Source: Candidatus Bathyarchaeota archaeon (lineage in GTDB: Archaea; Thermoproteota; Bathyarchaeia; Bathyarchaeales; Bathycorpusculaceae). Taken from it: 64,000 bases of DNA. Shown piece by piece: positions 50,008 to 61,778 of the stretch; position 1 is the first letter of the stretch, and the number at the start of each line of letters is the position of its first letter. The stretch covers positions 1 to 64,000 of the forward strand of contig CAVZKL010000013.1 of assembly GCA_963775895.1 (NCBI GenBank), given 5' to 3'. The translations under genes were made by a program, and so were the position numbers. The notes beneath the pieces are model-generated. The model was given only the letters and a program-made list of their open reading frames with translations, did not search any database and was not told the DNA's origin.

Positions 50008-50890
50008 TCATCTTCGAGCGTTAACGATTCTTCCCAGCAGATCAGGTATGTCGCTTGGTTTTTCGGCCACGCTCACACAGGCTCTTCCGAACGCTTCGAT
50101 CTTGCTTTCAGCTGTTCCTGCTTTCCCCATCACGATTGCGCCCGCGTGACCCATGCGTTTCCCCGGCGGTGCCGATCGCCCAGCAACATACGCCACGACA
50201 GGTTTCGCGTATTTCTCGGTGACGATGTAGTTCGCCGCCAATTCCTCAAGGTTGCCTCCGATTTCCCCTATCAGAACGACAGCTTCTGTCTGCGGATCTT
50301 TCTCGAACATCCGCAGGGCATCTATAAAGTTTAACCCGGTTATGGGGTCTCCTCCGAGACCAAGACACGTCGATTGGCCAAACTGTTTCTTCGACAAAGC
50401 AGCTGCTATCTCGTAGGTAAGAGTGCCACTCCTCGACGCCATTCCAATTCGCCCTGGCTTGAAAATGTGTGAAGGCATTATGCCAAGCTTGCAGGTTCCA
50501 GGCGTGATTATTCCAGGTGTGTTCGGGACCAATTATTGATGCCCCTTCCCGTTTTGCATAAGCCATGACCTCGATTGCGTCTTTTATCGGAATGTGCTCG
50601 GTTATTACCACCACAGTCTTTATTCCATTCTCGACTGCCTCAAACGCCGCATCCGCAGCAAAAGGCGCCGGAACAAAGATGATCGAGGCGTTCGCTGACA
50701 CTTTCTCTTGAGCCTCTGCCACGGTGTTATAGACAGGAACGCCGTTCACCTCCGTTCCGCCTTTCCCTGGCGAGGTGCCAGCCACGATTTTTGTTCCATA
50801 TTCGATCATCAGTCTCGTGTGAAACGCACCTTGAGAACCAGTTATGCCTTGGACGATTGCCCGCGTGTTCTGGTTCACTATTATTCCCAT
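50008..50890 (-). CDS. sucD: Succinyl-CoA synthetase alpha subunit, frameshifted near 50525
   Basis: QGITG, ITEHIP, GPNTPG (split), [15 protein letters not shown]. Confidence 0.9.
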
Positions 50891-50892
50891 GC

Positions 50893-52041
50893 TCAGACCC
50901 CTCCGCGTTTCGAGATCTCAACGGCGCGACGGGCCGCTTCTTCCATACTTTCAAGCACCTGAATCCCCGCGTCTGTCAATATCCGTTTTCCTTCCTCTTC
51001 ATTTGTGCCCACAAGTCTGATCACCATAGGGGTTTTAACACCGATTCTCTCTTTTGCTTCAAGTATCCCCTTGGCAACTTCATCACAGCGGGTGATACCG
51101 CCCATGATGTTTATGAAAAGAGTTTGGACCCGTGGATCTGAAAGCACTATCTTTAACGCTAACGCGTTCTTCTCTGAGGTGGCACCGCCCCCTACGTCCA
51201 AAAAGTTTGCTGGTCTGCCGCCATAATATTGGATTGTGTCGAGAGTTGCCATAACGAGTCCTGCACCGTTTCCGATAACCCCTATGTCTCCGTCAAGTCT
51301 GACGTAAGCCAAGTCGTTGTTCATTGCTTCGAGTTCCTGCGGGCTGAGGTCACTTCCACCCTCAAGAAGCCGTTTCTTGTACTCTTGATGTCTGAAAAGT
51401 GCATTATCATCAATGATTATTCGGGCGTCAGCCGCCATGAACTTGCCATCAGAAGTTTCCACAAGAGGGTTCATTTCGATGAGCTCAGCATCGTTTTCCA
51501 TACCTGCAAGATACAATCTTTCGATTATTTTGGCGAGATCCAAAATCTGGCTTCCGTTGTAACCCATTCTCCTTGCTATTTCCCGTGTCTCAAAAGTCCT
51601 TAGACCAAGTTCAGGTTTTATGGTGGTCTTTATGACTTTCTCAGGAGTTTTGGAAGCGACTTCTTCTATGTCAACTCCCCCGACGGGAGAGGCAATCGCC
51701 ACGTAGCACTGGTTGAACCTGTCAGTGGTTACTCCGAAATAGAGTTCTTTGCTAACTTGGATCTTTTCTTCGATCCACACGCTTTTGACGGGTATGTCTT
51801 TGATTTTCATGTTAAGCAGTTTTTCAGCGACTTTTTCTGCTTCCTCAGCGGATTGGGCGAATACTATGCCACCTGCCTTCCCTCTTCCTGCGACCAGAAC
51901 CTGAGCCTTCACGACAACGGGCATTCTAAGCTTAAGTGCAATTTCATGAGCTTGGCTCGGGCTTGTCGCTAATCCTCCTTGGGGTGTGGCGACGCCATGC
52001 TTTGCAAGAATGCTTTTTGCTTCATATTCGTACAGTTTCAA
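50893..52041 (-). CDS. sucC: Succinyl-CoA synthetase beta subunit
   Basis: [36 protein letters not shown]. Confidence 0.93.
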   Translation of the reverse strand: MKLYEYEAKSILAKHGVATPQGGLATSPSQAHEIALKLRMPVVVKAQVLVAGRGKAGGIVFAQSAEEAEKVAEKLLNMKIKDIPVKSVWIEEKIQVSKELYFGVTTDRFNQCYVAIASPVGGVDIEEVASKTPEKVIKTTIKPELGLRTFETREIARRMGYNGSQILDLAKIIERLYLAGMENDAELIEMNPLVETSDGKFMAADARIIIDDNALFRHQEYKKRLLEGGSDLSPQELEAMNNDLAYVRLDGDIGVIGNGAGLVMATLDTIQYYGGRPANFLDVGGGATSEKNALALKIVLSDPRVQTLFINIMGGITRCDEVAKGILEAKERIGVKTPMVIRLVGTNEEEGKRILTDAGIQVLESMEEAARRAVEISKRGGV

Positions 52042-52054
52042 AACGTCACTCTCC

Positions 52055-52519
52055 TCATCTTATCGTTTCTATCGTGACATAGGATTTTGTGTCCATTACG
52101 CCTTCAATGGAGGACAGCTTGCTCAGAACCTCATCCAGTTTTTCTCTTTCAACCATCGCAAGCGCGTCCATGTCCCCTGCGACTCTGAACGCCCTTTGGA
52201 TCGTGAGTTCTTTAATTTTCTGGTAAGCGAAGCTTCTTTTGAGCGGTGAGACCTTGATCAGTATGAAGGCTGGCACAGAGTATACCCCAAGAGCATTCAA
52301 TCCTTGTTCGGTAACGTCTATGAAACCTCTGCCCGTGCGGATGTAGTTCAAGTCCCTCAGCTTTCTCAGGTGAACATTCAGAGCCTGTCTGCTGATGCCC
52401 AACTGTCTTGCCAAAGCATCCTGCTTCAAATGCAAAGTGTACGCGTTTGTCGATTCACTCTTCTGATAGAGCAGACTGAGCAACTGCATAGATCGGCGCG
52501 TAAGAGTTTCCAAATCCAA
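52055..52519 (-). CDS. Lrp/AsnC-type transcription regulator
   Basis: QDALARQLGISRQALNVHLRKL HTH and RAM-like C-domain. Confidence 0.8.
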   Translation of the reverse strand: MDLETLTRRSMQLLSLLYQKSESTNAYTLHLKQDALARQLGISRQALNVHLRKLRDLNYIRTGRGFIDVTEQGLNALGVYSVPAFILIKVSPLKRSFAYQKIKELTIQRAFRVAGDMDALAMVEREKLDEVLSKLSSIEGVMDTKSYVTIETIR

Positions 52520-52730
52520 CTCCTCAACGGTTGCTGTTTGTTAAGTTAAAGTTTTACGTTGTTACCGGTCTTTTAAATTTTTACCAAAGCAAAAGCAAAT
52601 TGTATGAAAGACACACACCGGTGCTTCAGGGTTTTTGCAACCGAAAATCTCACCGTAATGTATTTATTTGCCGACAAGGAAGGTTATCGAGCCTACAGAA
52701 AAAATCAAAACTAGGAGTAAGGCGGTACAA

Positions 52731-53009
52731 ATGTCTGAAAGCAACGCAGTGTTGATCGGAAACAAGCCAGTAATGAACTACGTACTGGCATGCATAACCC
52801 TCTTTCACGGCGGAGCGAAGGAAGTTAACGTGAAAGCACGAGGGAGATCCATAAGCAGGGCAGTTGATGTCGTCGAGGTTGTCAGACGCAGATTCCTACC
52901 AGACGTGAAAGTCAAACAAATCGGCATTGGAACACAGCAGATGGCACCCAGAGAAGAGGGTGGCTCGCCTTCAAACGTCAGCACAATCGAGATTCGGCTT
53001 GAACGCTAG
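52731..53009 (+). CDS. albA: DNA/RNA-binding protein Alba
   Basis: [31 protein letters not shown]. Confidence 0.95.
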   Translation: MSESNAVLIGNKPVMNYVLACITLFHGGAKEVNVKARGRSISRAVDVVEVVRRRFLPDVKVKQIGIGTQQMAPREEGGSPSNVSTIEIRLER

Positions 53010-53078
53010 AACAGCGTTTCCGCAAGAAAGGTACAAGGCTCCGCCGCCCCTCCTTTGTTTGTGGAGGGCGATTGGTAG

Positions 53079-53588
53079 TTGAAGATGGGACTTTGCAGTT
53101 TCTGTCTCAAGAGCGGTATACTTTGCCAAAAGTGTTTAGCTAAAGTTAAGTCTGGAGAGATCAGCGAACTTGACCTGAAAATCGCTCGTCTCTTGATGTC
53201 CCTGGAAGAAAAGTATCCCTCTCTTCAAAACGTCTATTTTCACAAGGCGATAGACGCCGACGGAACTCTGGCGATAGTTGTAGGTCCCGGAGACGTTCCG
53301 CGATTGTTGGGCTATGGTGGAAGAATTGTTCGCGCGATAGGCGACGAGACGGGAAAGAACGTTCGTGTTCTGGAATCCGGGGTCGATGATAGAAAATTCT
53401 TAGAAGACTTGTTTGCCCCAGTGAGTATAATGACGATTAACACGATTTGGCTTCCGGATGGAAGCACTGAAACTCGTGTCATACTTCGAAGAAGACGTGG
53501 TGGGCGCGGGTCTTTTGATGTAAAGGCTTTGAAGGACATTGCCGGCAAAGTTCGCAACATCACGCTGCGAGTTGAGTACGCGGACTGA
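53079..53588 (+). CDS. NusA-like KH-domain protein with N-terminal Cys motif
   Basis: LCSFCLKSGILCQKC, LLGYGG, FLEDLFAP..INTIWLPDG. Confidence 0.75.
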   Translation: MKMGLCSFCLKSGILCQKCLAKVKSGEISELDLKIARLLMSLEEKYPSLQNVYFHKAIDADGTLAIVVGPGDVPRLLGYGGRIVRAIGDETGKNVRVLESGVDDRKFLEDLFAPVSIMTINTIWLPDGSTETRVILRRRRGGRGSFDVKALKDIAGKVRNITLRVEYAD

Positions 53589-54927
53589 ATGAAACGAGGA
53601 ACACCTCTCATGAAGTTGGATCTCATTGGTGATTGGAACAGAACGCATTATTCTGACGAAGTAAAGCCAGAAGATGACGGCAAAGAAGTAACCCTGTTCG
53701 GCTGGGTTCAAGAGATCAGAGACCTAGGTGGCATCCGCTTCATAATACTGCAAGATCGCGAAGGCACGATTCAAATCACCGTTTTACGAAAAAAAGCAAA
53801 CAGCGAAGTGCTTTCGAAGTCAGACTCTTTACAAAAACGGTACAGCATAGGTGTCAGAGGAACAGTAAAGAAGACCAAGATGACGCCGAGAGGAATCGAA
53901 GTCATTCCGAACGAAATCAGAATCTTCAACACAGCCGAACAATTACCAATAGACATCTGCGGGAGGACTCCTGCAAATCTGGAAGTCTGTCTAGACTCAC
54001 GCGCGCTAGACCTGTCTCTTGAAAAGAACGTAGCGGTCTTCAAGATTCAACACAACGCCGTCGTGGCAGTCCGAGACTTTCTCTTCGAAAGAGGCTTCTT
54101 GGAAGTGCACACTCCACGCATAATCGCCTCGGCAACCGAAGGCGGAGCAGCACTTTTTCAACTTGATTACTTCGAAAGAAAAGCGTACCTCGCCCAGAGC
54201 CCGCAGCTCTACAAAGAAGAGCTCGTCATGAGCCTCGAAAAGGTCTTCGAAATAGGACCCTTCTTCAGAGCTGAAGAATCGCATACACGACATCACCTGA
54301 GTGAATTCGTATCGATAGACATCGAACAAGCCTTTGCCACACAAGAGGACGTCATGCAAATTCTTGAACAGCTGATTCAGCATATCTGCAAGAGCCGTGG
54401 CGGAAAAGTGCAAGAAGGAACTGATGACGCTTAAGTACAGTCTGAAAGTGCCTGACGTTCCTTTCAAACGTTTGACTTACGATCAGATACTGGAAGAATT
54501 GAAAAAAGAAGGAATCGATGTTTCATGGGGCGAAGACATTCCGACCCCGGCGTTCAGAACGATAGGCAAACTTCACCCATACTTCTATTTCATAGTCGAC
54601 TGGCCCACTGAATCAAAAGCATTCTACATAAAACCACGCGATGACAACCCAGAGATTTCCGAAGGATTTGACTTGATGTGGCGATGGATGGAGCTCGTTT
54701 CAGGCGGAACAAGAATCGCATCCAAAGAACTGCTGATAAAACGACTGAAAGAAAAGGGCCTCAACCCGGAATCCTTCAAACATCATCTGCAAGCTTTCGA
54801 CTACGGCATGCCACCACACGCAGGCTGGGCAATAGGGTTAGAAAGATTGACGATGATGCTGACCGGAAAGAAAAACATACGAGAAGTCATGCTGTACCCA
54901 CGCGACAAGTTCAGACTCACCCCATAG
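53589..54927 (+). CDS. aspS: Aspartate--tRNA ligase, archaeal type, frameshifted near 54395
   Basis: GWVQEIRDLG, LAQSPQLYK, FRAEES; GMPPHAG..GLERL, YPRD. Confidence 0.9.
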
Positions 54928-55020
54928 CTTTGTTTAGCACTGTTCTTGTAAAAATCATCATCCTTTTTAGCTGAAAATGTGCTAAAAACTGATAAATACC
55001 ACTTGCGTTATTCCCAAGCC

Positions 55021-56538
55021 ATGGGAGACGAACCAGGGATCGAATGCGGCGTATTCGGTGCGATAAGCCGCAATAGCCAACACGTGTTTCCATACATATA
55101 CTGGGGCATGAGAGCTCAAAACCACAGAGGACACCAATCACACGGTTTTCTCACTTATCTTGACGGAAAATTCTACGCAAACAGAAGCCTCGACCTCGTG
55201 CCGAAAATCAAGACAAACGCGATCCAAGAATGGTTTGGACGATTGCCAGGAAACATCGGCATCGGAAACGTCAGGTACACCACCTCAGGAAAATGCGACG
55301 AAAAATCGCTTGTGAAGGGAACACAACCCGTAACGGCCTCCAAGAAACGGTTCAAACTGGCTGTATCATTCAACGGTAACATCGTGAACACTTTTCAGCT
55401 CAAGAGAGACATTCTCAAACAGTTTCCACACTTCTCTTATGAGTGCGACGCAAACCTGGTCTGCTACAAACTGTTGATAGAATACTTGAAAAGTCAAGAC
55501 ATTACCTCGGCCGCGGAAGCTTGTATGAAAGAGATTGATGGAGCGTTCTCAGTGGCCGCCGTAACGCAGGACGGTGATTTCTTCGCATTCAAAGACCCAC
55601 ATGGAATAAGACCACTCTGCGCAGGACACAGCGAAGACAATTCAATCTACGCCTTCTCCTCAGAAACTGCGAGCCTCGACATAAACGGCTTTCAAAGAGA
55701 CTTTGAGCTGGAACCCGGAGAACTTGTCAAAGTCACAGAAAACGGTTTTGAAAGAAAAAGACTGGTCAGAGAGCAGAGAAAAGCGTTCTGCTCCTTTGAA
55801 TTCGCGTACTTCGCCAGACCAGATTCACGGTTCGACGACAAATATGTTTACGAAGTTCGAGAGGAATTTGGAAGGAACCTTGTCAGGGAAAACCCAGACG
55901 TCGTGAAGGATGCAGACATAGTCATTTCTGTACCTGAGACTGCAGACGACGCAGCTATGGGAGTTCATGAGGCTTCCGGATTAAGATGGGAAAGAGCCTC
56001 GCGAAGACATCGCTACGTAACCGAAAGGGCTTTCATCCTCCTAAGCAGAGATCGAAACCAAACGATTGACAGAAAAATAAACATCCTAGAGCCCAAGATT
56101 GAGGGCAAACGCATAGTCGTGACAGACGATAGCATCGTCAGAGGAGACACAACAAAGATTATCGTTGCGAAACTCCGCAAGATGAGGGCCAAGAAGGTGT
56201 ACTTGTTCGTCACCTTTCCACGCATAATCGGACCATGCTTCTACGGAGTGGACATGGCCACGTACGGCCAACTCTTGGGTGCAAAACACAATCCCGAAGA
56301 AATAAGCGAGATAATAGGCGCAGACAAGGTTTGCTACCAGTCTATCGAAGGCCTTGTCAAGGCAACAGGATTCAAAAAAGAAGAATTGTGCACGGGTTGC
56401 ATAACAGGCGAGTATCCAACACCCTTAGCCCAGAGAATAGCGGATGACGTGAAGAAACGGCTCCTTCAAGGTTACGAAGAGAAAGAAAGATTGTACGAGA
56501 TAGAAGAGCCAATTGAAGCTACCTGTGGGACTGATTAG
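55021..56538 (+). CDS. purF: Amidophosphoribosyltransferase
   Basis: ECGVFG, QNHRG, RYTTSG, NGNIVN, FEFAYFARPDS, DDSIVRG. Confidence 0.92.
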   Translation: MGDEPGIECGVFGAISRNSQHVFPYIYWGMRAQNHRGHQSHGFLTYLDGKFYANRSLDLVPKIKTNAIQEWFGRLPGNIGIGNVRYTTSGKCDEKSLVKGTQPVTASKKRFKLAVSFNGNIVNTFQLKRDILKQFPHFSYECDANLVCYKLLIEYLKSQDITSAAEACMKEIDGAFSVAAVTQDGDFFAFKDPHGIRPLCAGHSEDNSIYAFSSETASLDINGFQRDFELEPGELVKVTENGFERKRLVREQRKAFCSFEFAYFARPDSRFDDKYVYEVREEFGRNLVRENPDVVKDADIVISVPETADDAAMGVHEASGLRWERASRRHRYVTERAFILLSRDRNQTIDRKINILEPKIEGKRIVVTDDSIVRGDTTKIIVAKLRKMRAKKVYLFVTFPRIIGPCFYGVDMATYGQLLGAKHNPEEISEIIGADKVCYQSIEGLVKATGFKKEELCTGCITGEYPTPLAQRIADDVKKRLLQGYEEKERLYEIEEPIEATCGTD

Positions 56539-56576
56539 GTCTTTCACGATCATTTCAACAGTATGAGGGGGCTCCG

Positions 56577-57986
56577 ATGGAAAAAGTAGGCATACTCGTG
56601 GTTTCATACGGTTCAAGAGAAGCAGCGATGATTGATGCCTTCACGCGCAGTACGAAGTACAATGCAGAAATTTATGTGGTGGACAAACAGCACAACCCGT
56701 TCAACGTGGAAAAGGCGGCCAAACACGTTGTCATACCCGATTTGAACATTGAAAAGATCTGCAAATTCGCAGATGCAAACAAGAACCGCGTTGATTTCGG
56801 CATTGTAGGTCCAGAGAAGCCGATAGTTGAAGGAATACGCGACCTTGTAGAGAAACGTACGAAAATACCGATGATTTGCCCCACAAAAAAGTATGCTATT
56901 GAGGAGAGCAAAGTAGAGCAACGACTGTTGTTTGACAGAATCGTGCCCGAAGCAAATCCTCGCTTCAAAATCTTCAACCCAGAGGATTACGAGGACGTTT
57001 CAGAAGTCAAGAGAGATGTTTACAGTTGGCTTGACGTATTGGAAAACCAAGCCGTCGTCAAACCTGACAAGCCCGCAGCTGGAAAAGGAGTAGGCGTTTG
57101 GGGAGACCACTTCAACACGCGAGAACAGCTTTTCGAGCACTTTCTATCGAATTATCGTCACGGTCCTGTGATTATCGAAGAGAGAATTGAAGGGGAAGAA
57201 TCAAGCTTTCAAGCGTTCTGCGACGGAAAACACCTGGTCCCCTTACCTGACACGAGAGACTACAAGCGAGCGTTCGACCAAGATAAAGGACCAAATACTG
57301 GAGGAATGGGTTCTTACAAAGACACAGGTGACATACTACCATTCCTGACAAAGACAGACCGAGCCAAAGAACTGGAAGTTGCCGACAGAATCTTTCAGAA
57401 ATGGAAAGGAAAAGACAATTCTTCTTTGAGAGGTGTACCCTTATACCTTGCCTTTATGCACTCAAACAAAGGATTGAAAATCCTTGAAAACAACAGCCGC
57501 CCAGGAGACCCCGAGATAATCAACATCTTACCCGTGCTAGAGGACGATTTTGTCGATGTCTGCTTCAGAATGCTTGAAGGAAGCCTCACTCAGATTGAGC
57601 TTCGGAAAGCAGCCACGGTAGTAACCTATAAGGCTCCACCTTCCTATGCAGGATTCTGTGAAAACTTCCCCAAGCGCGTAGACAAAGCTCACGTTGACAA
57701 ACCGGTTGATCTCACGGGAGCCTATGAACTCAGCAGAAGACACCCTGACCAAGTGCGAGTTTATCCCGGCTCAATGGAAAAACGCGACGGCAAGAACTTC
57801 ACCTTGAGGTCCAGAACAGTCTGCACGGTGGGAATCGCGGACAACATTGAGGATGCCCGATCAATATCGCTCGATGCCTTAAAAGCAATCAAAGGCGGAG
57901 CTCTTTGGTACAGGACCGACATAGCGTCAACGGCTCACATAAAGAAAAGCGTTAGTCATTTGGAGAGCTTGAGGCGCAACCCGTGA
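56577..57986 (+). CDS. purD: Phosphoribosylamine--glycine ligase
   Basis: GSREAA, VGPE, AAGKGV, DYKRAFDQDKGPNTGGMG, NSRPGDPE. Confidence 0.9.
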   Translation: MEKVGILVVSYGSREAAMIDAFTRSTKYNAEIYVVDKQHNPFNVEKAAKHVVIPDLNIEKICKFADANKNRVDFGIVGPEKPIVEGIRDLVEKRTKIPMICPTKKYAIEESKVEQRLLFDRIVPEANPRFKIFNPEDYEDVSEVKRDVYSWLDVLENQAVVKPDKPAAGKGVGVWGDHFNTREQLFEHFLSNYRHGPVIIEERIEGEESSFQAFCDGKHLVPLPDTRDYKRAFDQDKGPNTGGMGSYKDTGDILPFLTKTDRAKELEVADRIFQKWKGKDNSSLRGVPLYLAFMHSNKGLKILENNSRPGDPEIINILPVLEDDFVDVCFRMLEGSLTQIELRKAATVVTYKAPPSYAGFCENFPKRVDKAHVDKPVDLTGAYELSRRHPDQVRVYPGSMEKRDGKNFTLRSRTVCTVGIADNIEDARSISLDALKAIKGGALWYRTDIASTAHIKKSVSHLESLRRNP

Positions 57987-59066
57987 AAGGGGTCTTCGTA
58001 TCAGACTGTGAAGGACCGATCTCAAAAAACGACAACGCCTTTGAAATAACTGCACAATTTGTTCCCTCTGGAGACAAGATTTTCACGTTGATAAGCAGGT
58101 ATGACGATGTGCTTGCAGAATTGGTCAAGAAACCTGGCTACAAGGCAGGCGACACGCTGAAGCTAATCCTACCCTTTCTGAAAGCCTATGGAGTAACAGA
58201 TCTATTGATCAGGGAATTGTCGGCAAGAAAGTTGGCCTTGATGCCTCTCGTGAAAATCACTCTGGATTATATCACGAAGATTGCGCCAGCCTATGTTATC
58301 AGCACAAGCTACGAACACTATATTGAAGCTCTATGCAAAGCAATCGGTTTTCCTTTCGAAAACACGTACTGCACCAAACTGCGTTTAGACAGATACGAGT
58401 TGGGATGGCAGGAAAGGGATCAGCTTAGGCGAATCGCTTCGGAGATAACGGTGATGCCGACCTTCGAAATTCCACTGCGGAGCTACCAGTCTGAAAGACC
58501 TTCCTGTGAAGGCACAAGCAACGGTTCGAAAGTTAGACGAGATTTTCTGGGACACAATAGAGAAAATGCAAATTGGAAGAATCTATTCAGAAGTGAATCC
58601 GATCGGCGGAATTGAAAAAGCTCAAGCCATCGAGGAGATCGTCAACAGACTATCCACAAGGCTTGCAGACGTCATGTATGTTGGCGATAGCATCACCGAT
58701 GAGGAAGCGTTGAAACTAGTGAAAGAAAACGATGGCCTCGCAGTTTCCTTCAACGGAAACCAGCACGCAGTTGAAAATGCAGACATCGCATTAATGTCTC
58801 CAGATTGTACAGTCACCGCCATAATCGCTGAAACTTTTCTCCGATTTGGAAAGAAAGAGACACTAGCCCTAGTGGCGAATTGGAATAGACAAACGCTAGA
58901 AAAGAGTCCATTGAACAATGATTTGATCAAGCTGTTTCTCAGATTACATCCGCGCAATTTGCCTAAAGCTAAAATAATAAAGAAAGAAGATAGGGCAAAG
59001 CTGTCGAAAGAAAGCAGCGAATTCAGAAAAAAGGTTAGAGGAGAACGAGTTGGCAGGTTAGGATGA
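57983..59066 (+). CDS. HAD-superfamily hydrolase (EhaR-like), frameshifted near 58490
   Basis: [40 protein letters not shown]. Confidence 0.75.
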
Positions 59067-59980
59067 ACTTGGTTAACAAAAACTTGATTCAAGATACTTT
59101 CGCTGAGGCTTTTGATGGATTCTACACCCGATTGATCGTAACTGCAGACGACTCGGAAACGCTGAGACGTGCAGTGGAAGACGCAACAGCTACGCCTTCC
59201 ACCGTGATCGACAGGATCGAAGGCGGAACAGAGAAGTGGCTTACGGAGAAAGAGACTCCGGACAAACGGAAAGGCGCAATTCTGCAGTTTTGGGGAGCAC
59301 ATCATAAGAAGAAACCGTTCTCGGACAGTTTGAAGAAGTTTGAGACTGAACTCTCTTACAGAATACGGCAAGACATATTGGTCAAGCCGTTTACAGCCGT
59401 TTTTGACGCTTTGCCAAATGCTGAAGGAAAGATTGACATGATGGAACGGGTTGGCCATTGCGGCGATGGATATGAATGGATGGAAAAAAGACACGAAAGA
59501 GAAGTAATAGTTGTGCCAATAATGGTTCCTGACTTCGTGATCGAACGTTACTTGGGTTATGCCCGCGGCGTCATGGGGGCCAACTTTTGGATAATGTGCA
59601 AAACCAAAGAGGCATTGAGGGAAGCTGGGAAAAAAGCGCTGGCAGCTATACACGGAGTGGAAGGTGTAATAACACCGTTTGACGTCTGCTCTGCAGGTTC
59701 GAAGCCGGAAACGAACTTTCCATGGATTGGACCGACAACGAACCAACTTTACTGTCCATCTCTAAAAGGGAAGCTCGACGGGGATTCAAGGGTGCCCGAA
59801 GGCGTCAACTACATACCTGAAATTGTCATCGATGGAATTTCAATGAACGCAGTGAAGGAAGCAATGAAGAAGGGAATATCGGCCGCATCGAAAATCAAAG
59901 GTGTCGTCGGAATATCCGCTGGCAACTACGACGGCAAACTGGGCGAGTACAAGATCTACTTGAGAGAGCTGTTCAGATGA
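59063..59980 (+). CDS. ftr: Formylmethanofuran--tetrahydromethanopterin formyltransferase homolog
   Basis: [49 protein letters not shown]. Confidence 0.85.
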   Translation: MNLVNKNLIQDTFAEAFDGFYTRLIVTADDSETLRRAVEDATATPSTVIDRIEGGTEKWLTEKETPDKRKGAILQFWGAHHKKKPFSDSLKKFETELSYRIRQDILVKPFTAVFDALPNAEGKIDMMERVGHCGDGYEWMEKRHEREVIVVPIMVPDFVIERYLGYARGVMGANFWIMCKTKEALREAGKKALAAIHGVEGVITPFDVCSAGSKPETNFPWIGPTTNQLYCPSLKGKLDGDSRVPEGVNYIPEIVIDGISMNAVKEAMKKGISAASKIKGVVGISAGNYDGKLGEYKIYLRELFR

Positions 59981-60897
59981 GCCAGTTCGACGCAGTTGGG
60001 TTCGGAGCTCTTAACGTCGACAAGCTTTTCAAAGTTGAAAAAATAGCTGCGGCAGAAGAGGAAACTTCAGTAATCGACTACTCGGAGACGTGTGGCGGTT
60101 CAGCCGCAAACACAATGGTTGGCTTGGCAAGACTCGGCTGCAAAGTGGGTTTCATCGGAAAAATCGCCTGGGATCCTGAAGGAAAAATGCTCTTGCAAGA
60201 TTTCAGACGAGAAAGAGTCGACACTAAAGGAATGGTCATCACCAAAGATGGCAGAAGTGGCAAAGTCATGGGTTTCGTGGATAAAAATGGTCAGCGAGCC
60301 CTGTACGTTGATGCAGGCGTGAACGATGCGATGAGACCAGAAGACGTGAACTTGACCTACGCTTCGAACGCAAAGCTAGTGCACCTAACGTCCTTCGTCG
60401 GACAACAGTCATTTCAAACTCAGAAATGGCTTCTCAATAAGCTGCCCTTGAGGGTTAAGGTGAGCTTTGACCCAGGAGCTCTCTATGCAAGAACTGGAAT
60501 GGCGAAACTCCAACCGATAATAGAGAGAACTTCTATAATGCTGCCGAACGCAGATGAACTTGCACTAATAACGGGTAAAAATGATTACAGAGAAGGAGCG
60601 AAACTGCTACTTGACAACGGCGTAAAGATAATAGCCGTCAAGCTTGGAAACCATGGATGTTATGTGACGGATGGAAGGGAAAGCCATATTGTAGCTCCGT
60701 TCAAGGTCAAAGTAATCGACACGACAGGGGCCGGAGACGCGTTTGACGCTGGTTTTCTCTACGGTTTGCTAAGAGACAGGAGTCTCGAAGAAGCTTCTAG
60801 AATTGGCAACTTCGTTGCTTCAAAGTGCATAATGGCAATGGGCGCGAGACTTGGGTTGCCAACGCTCAAAACCCTAACAACCGAGATGCAGATGTGA
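59977..60897 (+). CDS. PfkB family carbohydrate/nucleoside kinase
   Basis: [19 protein letters not shown]. Confidence 0.9.
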   Translation: MSQFDAVGFGALNVDKLFKVEKIAAAEEETSVIDYSETCGGSAANTMVGLARLGCKVGFIGKIAWDPEGKMLLQDFRRERVDTKGMVITKDGRSGKVMGFVDKNGQRALYVDAGVNDAMRPEDVNLTYASNAKLVHLTSFVGQQSFQTQKWLLNKLPLRVKVSFDPGALYARTGMAKLQPIIERTSIMLPNADELALITGKNDYREGAKLLLDNGVKIIAVKLGNHGCYVTDGRESHIVAPFKVKVIDTTGAGDAFDAGFLYGLLRDRSLEEASRIGNFVASKCIMAMGARLGLPTLKTLTTEMQM

Positions 60898-60955
60898 CCA
60901 GAGACAACGCATCCAGCCGCAGGATTCTAAGCCTATGAAAAGATCATAAAGTTCC

Positions 60956-61776
60956 TTAACGTTCTCTCTCCAAATAGTTAATCAGGCTTTCAAAAATGAG
61001 ACTTCCATCTGAGAATTCTGGCATTTTCAGTTGCCGTGTCCAATCCGGTCGCTGCCACCAGTAGAAGGCTCTTTCAGGATGCGGCATCAGACCGAAAATG
61101 GTGCCCTCTGGGTTGCATATACCTGCTATGTCGTGAAATGCACCGTTCGGGTTGGCCGGATAAGAACCTTTGGCGTATTCGCCATCTTTCTTGCAGTAGC
61201 GGAATACCAGCTGATCGTTTTCAACAAGTTTTTCCAAATAGCGCTTCTCTCTCTCTTTTGCGAAGATAAATCTTCCTTCAGCGTGCGCAACAGGTACGTG
61301 GATTGTTTTCCCCTTTCTGCATCTTCGAAGTGAACACGCATTTTCCACTGTTCTCGTGTTTGAGGCTGATCCATCTGCAATTGTAACCCGGCGGAACATT
61401 CGTTGCTAATGCAGCCTCAGGCACTTGGCTGGTACCCTCAAACCCTGGAAGCAGACCGGCCTCAACAAGCACTTGGAAACCGTTGCAGATCCCGAGGATC
61501 GGACGATTCTCATCCACGAAAGCCTTGAGCTCTTTGCCCAACTTCGCAAGTACCCATTTCGCCCATATGGCCCCAGCCCGAACGTAGTCTCCGTAAGAGA
61601 AACCGCCGGGGAAAACGAGTGCATCATAATCCAGCATGTTCTTTCGCTTGATCATTTCGTTGACGTGAACAATTTCGGCCTTGACCCCAAGTTCTCTTGA
61701 ATGAACGCCCCGTTTCGGCGTCACAGTTGGTTCCACCGACGCGCAAAACGCAGATCCTGATCTCTTCCCTTTTCAT
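60956..61776 (-). CDS. purQ: FGAM synthase glutaminase subunit PurQ, frameshifted near 61700 and 61315
   Basis: GTNCDAET; [15 protein letters not shown]; AHAEG, NPNG, MPHPER across three frames. Confidence 0.88.
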
Positions 61777-61778
61777 AT

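Noticed and set aside
58622-59746. 374-aa minus-strand ORF, and similar shadow ORFs such as 650-1195 and 3639-4262
   Set aside because: Antisense to well-supported genes, with no recognisable motifs
50008-61776. Programmed frameshifting or pseudogenisation of sucD, aspS and purQ
   Set aside because: No shared slippery motif seen; breaks are spread over many unrelated genes, consistent with indel errors
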